A stretch of DNA of 64,000 nt, from contig CAKOVH010000006.1 in NCBI GenBank assembly GCA_934121885.1, positions 7,926-71,925 on the forward strand, given 5' to 3'. The first letter of the stretch is position 1; the number at the start of each line of letters is the position of its first letter. The notes below the pieces were generated by a model, which saw only the letters and a list, made by a program, of their open reading frames with translations, ran no database searches and had not been told where the DNA came from. The position numbers and the translations under genes are program-made. Of this stretch, positions 60,653 to 64,000 are shown piece after piece. This DNA is from an uncultured Clostridia bacterium (GTDB lineage Bacteria > Bacillota > Clostridia > TANB77 > CAG-508).

Positions 60653-61729
60653 TTATTTTAATATTTCTAAACCAATTTCAATTATTTTTTCTGCAATATT
60701 TTTTTCTAATATATTATTTTTTTCATCTTCTAAAATTTCTTTTATAAATAATCCTTTTAAATTATTTTCTTCTGAAATTTTTTCAATATTATAATTTATT
60801 TCTGTTTTATCTTTTATTTTTATAATATTTTCTTTTAAAATAAATTTATATAAATAATAACAATTTATTTCAAAATTTCTTTTTCCAATTAAATTAATTT
60901 TATAATAATTATTTTCTAATAAATTCATCTCATTTAATTTTTCAATTAATTCTTCAGTTGAATTTATATCTGTAATATCAATTTCCTTTTCTACAAATTC
61001 TTTTGTATCCATTGGCAGAAATTCTAATTTTAAACTATCTTTACTTATATCGCCAAGTATAACTCCATGTTTTCCCTGTTCATCAAATCCCATAGATATG
61101 GTTGAGCCTGGGTAAACAATTCTTTGATTTGGCTCTTCATTATAATTTAATTTATGTATATGACCTAATGCAACATAATCAAAATTTAATTCTTTTAATT
61201 TATTTTTATTTAATGGATTATATTCTAAATTTTCAGTATTTCCACCATCAATTGTTCCATGCGTTATAAATATATTTATTTTTTCTTTATTTTTTATATT
61301 AATATTATCTAAATTTATTCCTTTGCAATAAAAATCATTAAATCCAAATCCATAAATATCTATATCTTCATTTTCTATACATTCTACTTTATTTTCAAAT
61401 ATTCTTACATTATTATTCCAGTCAAAATTTTTATACATAGAATTTATAATATATGGATCATGATTTCCTGGAGAAATATATATTTTAGTATTTGGTATTT
61501 CTTTAAATAAATTATTTATATATGTAATGGTTGATTCTTTTACATATTCATTTTCATATAAATCACCTGAAATAAATAAATATTCTATATTATTTTCTTT
61601 TATATAATTAATTACTTTTTTAAATATTTCTCTTTGTTCTAATCTTCTTTTTTCGCCTAAATTATTTTTTATATTTAATACTGTAAATGGTGCATCAAAA
61701 TGCATATCTGCCATATGTATAAATTTCAT
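60653..61729 (-). CDS. YhaO/SbcD-like calcineurin-type metallophosphoesterase (Mre11-family nuclease subunit)
   Basis: 'MKFIHMADMHFD', 'FISGDLYE', 'GNHD', 'GHIH' phosphoesterase motifs. 14 nt upstream of the SMC-like ATPase gene, as an operon. Confidence 0.7.
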   Translation of the reverse strand: MKFIHMADMHFDAPFTVLNIKNNLGEKRRLEQREIFKKVINYIKENNIEYLFISGDLYENEYVKESTITYINNLFKEIPNTKIYISPGNHDPYIINSMYKNFDWNNNVRIFENKVECIENEDIDIYGFGFNDFYCKGINLDNINIKNKEKINIFITHGTIDGGNTENLEYNPLNKNKLKELNFDYVALGHIHKLNYNEEPNQRIVYPGSTISMGFDEQGKHGVILGDISKDSLKLEFLPMDTKEFVEKEIDITDINSTEELIEKLNEMNLLENNYYKINLIGKRNFEINCYYLYKFILKENIIKIKDKTEINYNIEKISEENNLKGLFIKEILEDEKNNILEKNIAEKIIEIGLEILK

Positions 61730-61824
61730 TTATTATCCTCCGTATTTAGATTATTTCTTGTTATTCTATAACAAGTTAATATATTAGTCAATACAAAAAT
61801 AAACATTTGTTTTATAATTATAGC

Positions 61825-61857
61825 CTAAAAAAATCTCATTTTAAAATGAGATTTTTT
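61825..61857. terminator. Bidirectional terminator (perfect palindrome) downstream of the coupling-protein gene
   Basis: 'aaaaaatctcatttt aaaatgagatttttt': 13-bp perfect inverted repeat with flanking A/T tracts. Confidence 0.7.
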
Positions 61858-61861
61858 ATAT

Positions 61862-63865
61862 TTATTCACTATCATCAATGTCGCCAAATAACTCATCAAA
61901 TTTTGCTTCAAGCTGTTTTTGAATGTCTACGGACATTATTTCATCTTCATCAATTAAATTATCTCCTTGAGGCAAAATCGTATCTAATTTCTCTTCTTCT
62001 ACTTTAGGTTCTTCCTTTTTAACAGGTTCATTTTCTGTTTTTATAGGTTGTGGTTCTTCATCATCTTGAAATAAATCATCAAGAGAATCTACCTTTAAAT
62101 CAACTTTATTTTCTTTTTCATCTTCTACATAAGGATTATATGGATTATATTTTCTCCACTTTCCTCTATCTCCTACTTCGAAGTCTAGATGATTCATTGT
62201 ATATTCTCCAAGTTTTCTTGCCATTGGTGTTTCAAAATAATAATATTTTCTAGCCTTAACTGGCTTAATTCCTTTTTCGTAAATAATACATAAATCATTA
62301 TCCATTCTTCTTAACTCATCTGGCGTCATTAAAGCTCTTGCCATAATTTGATCAGAATCACTATATCCCTGTCTATGGAATTGTTTATCTCTATTTACAG
62401 ATAAGCTTTCTCTTGAAATTGTTTTTTCTCCTAGTGCTTTTGAAAAATATTCAACTGTTTTATATGAGTTACTTCCTAAAAATACGTGTGTATCACAGTT
62501 ACCCATAATGGTTTCATATGATTTTTCATATACTGCTTCTAGTTGATCTAAGTTTTGTAAAATAACACTAAATGAAATTCCTCTACTTCTTGATGTTGAT
62601 ATTTTTTTATCAAAATCAGGTATTTGTCCAATGTTTGCAAACTCATCTAATATAAAGAATGTTGGAACTTTTAATCTTCCTCCATTTTTATCTGCAAAAT
62701 CATATAATTGTTGTATCATTTGTGAGAAAAATATTGTAAGTAAGAAGTCATATGCCTTATGTGTATCTGAAGATATTACATATACTGCTGTTTTCTTACT
62801 TCCTATATCTTCAAAATTAATTGTATCTGTTGATGTTACTTCTGCAATTTCTTTTGAATCAAATTTTCCAAGTTTAGATTGTAATGAACTCAAAATTGAT
62901 CCATAAGTTTTTTCTGGTGCAATTTCTATTGATTTATAATACATTCTAGCTGGATGATCATATGGAAGCTGATTAATTAATTCTGTAAGTAAGTTATTTC
63001 CTCCATTTGAATTTGCAGCTCTTACAAGTTCTGAACAACTTGCTAAGTTTTGTTCTTCTTCAGGTCTTACTGCCATTAAATAATATATCAAAGCTTTTAA
63101 AAGCATTTCTGCCATATCATCCCAATAAGGATCTGAATTTCCACTTTCTGAAGATTGACCTTTTACTATAGTATTTGCTATAACGTCAACATCTATTTCA
63201 CTATTAATATGCATTAATGGGTTATATCCATCACTGTTTGCTGGGTTTACTAAATTTAAAACTTTTATTTCATATCCGTTCTTTCTAAGGTATCCTGCTG
63301 TTTTATCATATAATTCACCTTTTGGATCTGTAAATACATATGAGCCTAACATCTGAAATGCGTTTGGTATAGAGTATGAAGCAGATTTACCAGAACCTGA
63401 ACCTCCGACTACAAGTACATTAACATTTCCTCTTTTATCTGTAGGTAAATAGTTATTTTGTGCAAGTATTATACCTTTATTTCTACTTAGGATATGATAT
63501 TGCTCTCCGCCTTCGCTCCAATCACTTGAACCATGTTCAATGTCTGTATATTCATGTTTTGGTCTAGATTTAAATAATCCAATCATTGTAAATATAGCAT
63601 ATATAATTGTAAAATAAATTAAAGTCTTTCCAAATATTCCAGCATATCCTTCAGAAAATACCTTTCCTATTGAAGAAAAACTCGTAATTGCTGGAAAAAC
63701 TTTTTCTATGAATACATCAAATCTAAAAGTTCCTGTTTTAGATGCCTCTCCAATTGAATATCCAATTGGAGCAACAAGTACTATGGATAAAATTACCCAT
63801 AGTACTAAAATAATGATAATGCTTTTTTTGTTATCTTTAAGAGTTTTATTTAATTTATAACCCAT
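61862..63865 (-). CDS. Type IV secretion coupling protein (VirD4/TraG/TraD family T4CP) of a conjugative element
   Basis: 667 aa. Two N-terminal TM helices, Walker A 'LVVGGSGSGKSAS', Walker B 'TFFILDEFANIG', and an acidic C-terminal tail. Matches the T4SS-DNA_transf family architecture. Confidence 0.8.
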   Translation of the reverse strand: MGYKLNKTLKDNKKSIIIILVLWVILSIVLVAPIGYSIGEASKTGTFRFDVFIEKVFPAITSFSSIGKVFSEGYAGIFGKTLIYFTIIYAIFTMIGLFKSRPKHEYTDIEHGSSDWSEGGEQYHILSRNKGIILAQNNYLPTDKRGNVNVLVVGGSGSGKSASYSIPNAFQMLGSYVFTDPKGELYDKTAGYLRKNGYEIKVLNLVNPANSDGYNPLMHINSEIDVDVIANTIVKGQSSESGNSDPYWDDMAEMLLKALIYYLMAVRPEEEQNLASCSELVRAANSNGGNNLLTELINQLPYDHPARMYYKSIEIAPEKTYGSILSSLQSKLGKFDSKEIAEVTSTDTINFEDIGSKKTAVYVISSDTHKAYDFLLTIFFSQMIQQLYDFADKNGGRLKVPTFFILDEFANIGQIPDFDKKISTSRSRGISFSVILQNLDQLEAVYEKSYETIMGNCDTHVFLGSNSYKTVEYFSKALGEKTISRESLSVNRDKQFHRQGYSDSDQIMARALMTPDELRRMDNDLCIIYEKGIKPVKARKYYYFETPMARKLGEYTMNHLDFEVGDRGKWRKYNPYNPYVEDEKENKVDLKVDSLDDLFQDDEEPQPIKTENEPVKKEEPKVEEEKLDTILPQGDNLIDEDEIMSVDIQKQLEAKFDELFGDIDDSE

Positions 63866-63891
63866 ACTTTATCACCTTTTTCGTTAGTTTA

Positions 63892-64000
63892 TTATTTCTC
63901 TCCGTGACCTTCACTGATTTCTACTGTTTTACCTTGTAATTTTGTTCTTGCTTTTCTTTGTTGTTGTATTTTTTTTACTTGCTCTTGTTTAAATTGTGTT
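63892..64000 (-). CDS. 3' end of an upstream gene (C-terminus '...KTVEISEGHGEK*') that runs off the right edge
   Basis: Open reverse-complement frame from 64000 to a stop at about 63892. Lys/Gln-rich, function unknown. Probably part of the same conjugative element as the T4CP. Confidence 0.3.
   Translation of the reverse strand, partial: TQFKQEQVKKIQQQRKARTKLQGKTVEISEGHGEK

Noticed and set aside
61757-61775. Possible LexA (Cheo) box upstream of the yhaO-like gene, by analogy with the LexA-regulated B. subtilis yhaONM
   Set aside because: The palindrome is CTTGTTA-N5-TAACAAG. Its half-sites are in the opposite order or orientation to GAAC-N4-GTTC, so it does not match the Firmicute LexA consensus. 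It is kept only as an unassigned operator-like inverted repeat.

Overview
This window looks like a chromosomal segment of a very AT-rich, spore-forming Firmicute (Clostridium-like). About 80% of it is coding, and most genes sit on the minus strand. The evidence for the taxonomic guess is the gene content: spoIIE, cotF, ricT/yaaT, mazF/ndoA, mtaD and an mre/min cluster. No rRNA, tRNA, CRISPR, transposase or integrase was recognised.

The housekeeping backbone includes, with window coordinates:
- radC-mreB-mreC-mreD-mrdA(PBP2)-minC at 40.4-46.3 kb
- minD-minE-rodA-dusB at 6.9-10.4 kb
- spoIIE, acpS, tatD, holB, ricT, lepB, cca, exoA, pcrA and prfA
- a zupT-like ZIP transporter gene that is frameshifted near its 3' end

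The most unusual content is a family of three paralogous giant secreted proteins of 1549, 1665 and 1571 aa. Two of them sit in tandem at 29.3-39.0 kb behind a consensus sigma-A promoter. All three share a Cna-B/DUF11-type beta-sandwich composition and a conserved C-terminal module: a DUF11-like domain, an 'x-T/F-G' pentapeptide, a glycine-rich TM helix and a KK tail. None has a canonical LPXTG motif. Small paralogous proteins and a Tyr-rich protein of unknown function lie next to them. I consider this paralog family the best candidate for an undescribed surface system in the window.

Other notable points:
- The normally contiguous mreBCD-pbp-minCDE-rodA division cluster is split by about 29.5 kb, between minC and minD. 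minC has its own terminator and minDE have their own consensus promoter.
- mazF/ndoA has no adjacent antitoxin gene.
- A GT8 glycosyltransferase is fused to a PlsC-type acyltransferase domain at the left edge.
- MinE carries an 80-aa acidic tail.
- Two perfect DnaA boxes lie at the pcrA stop codon.
- An extremely AT-rich YhaO/YhaN-like (SbcCD-like) nuclease pair contains a membrane segment.
- A VirD4/TraG-type coupling protein at the right edge marks the start of a probable integrated conjugative element.
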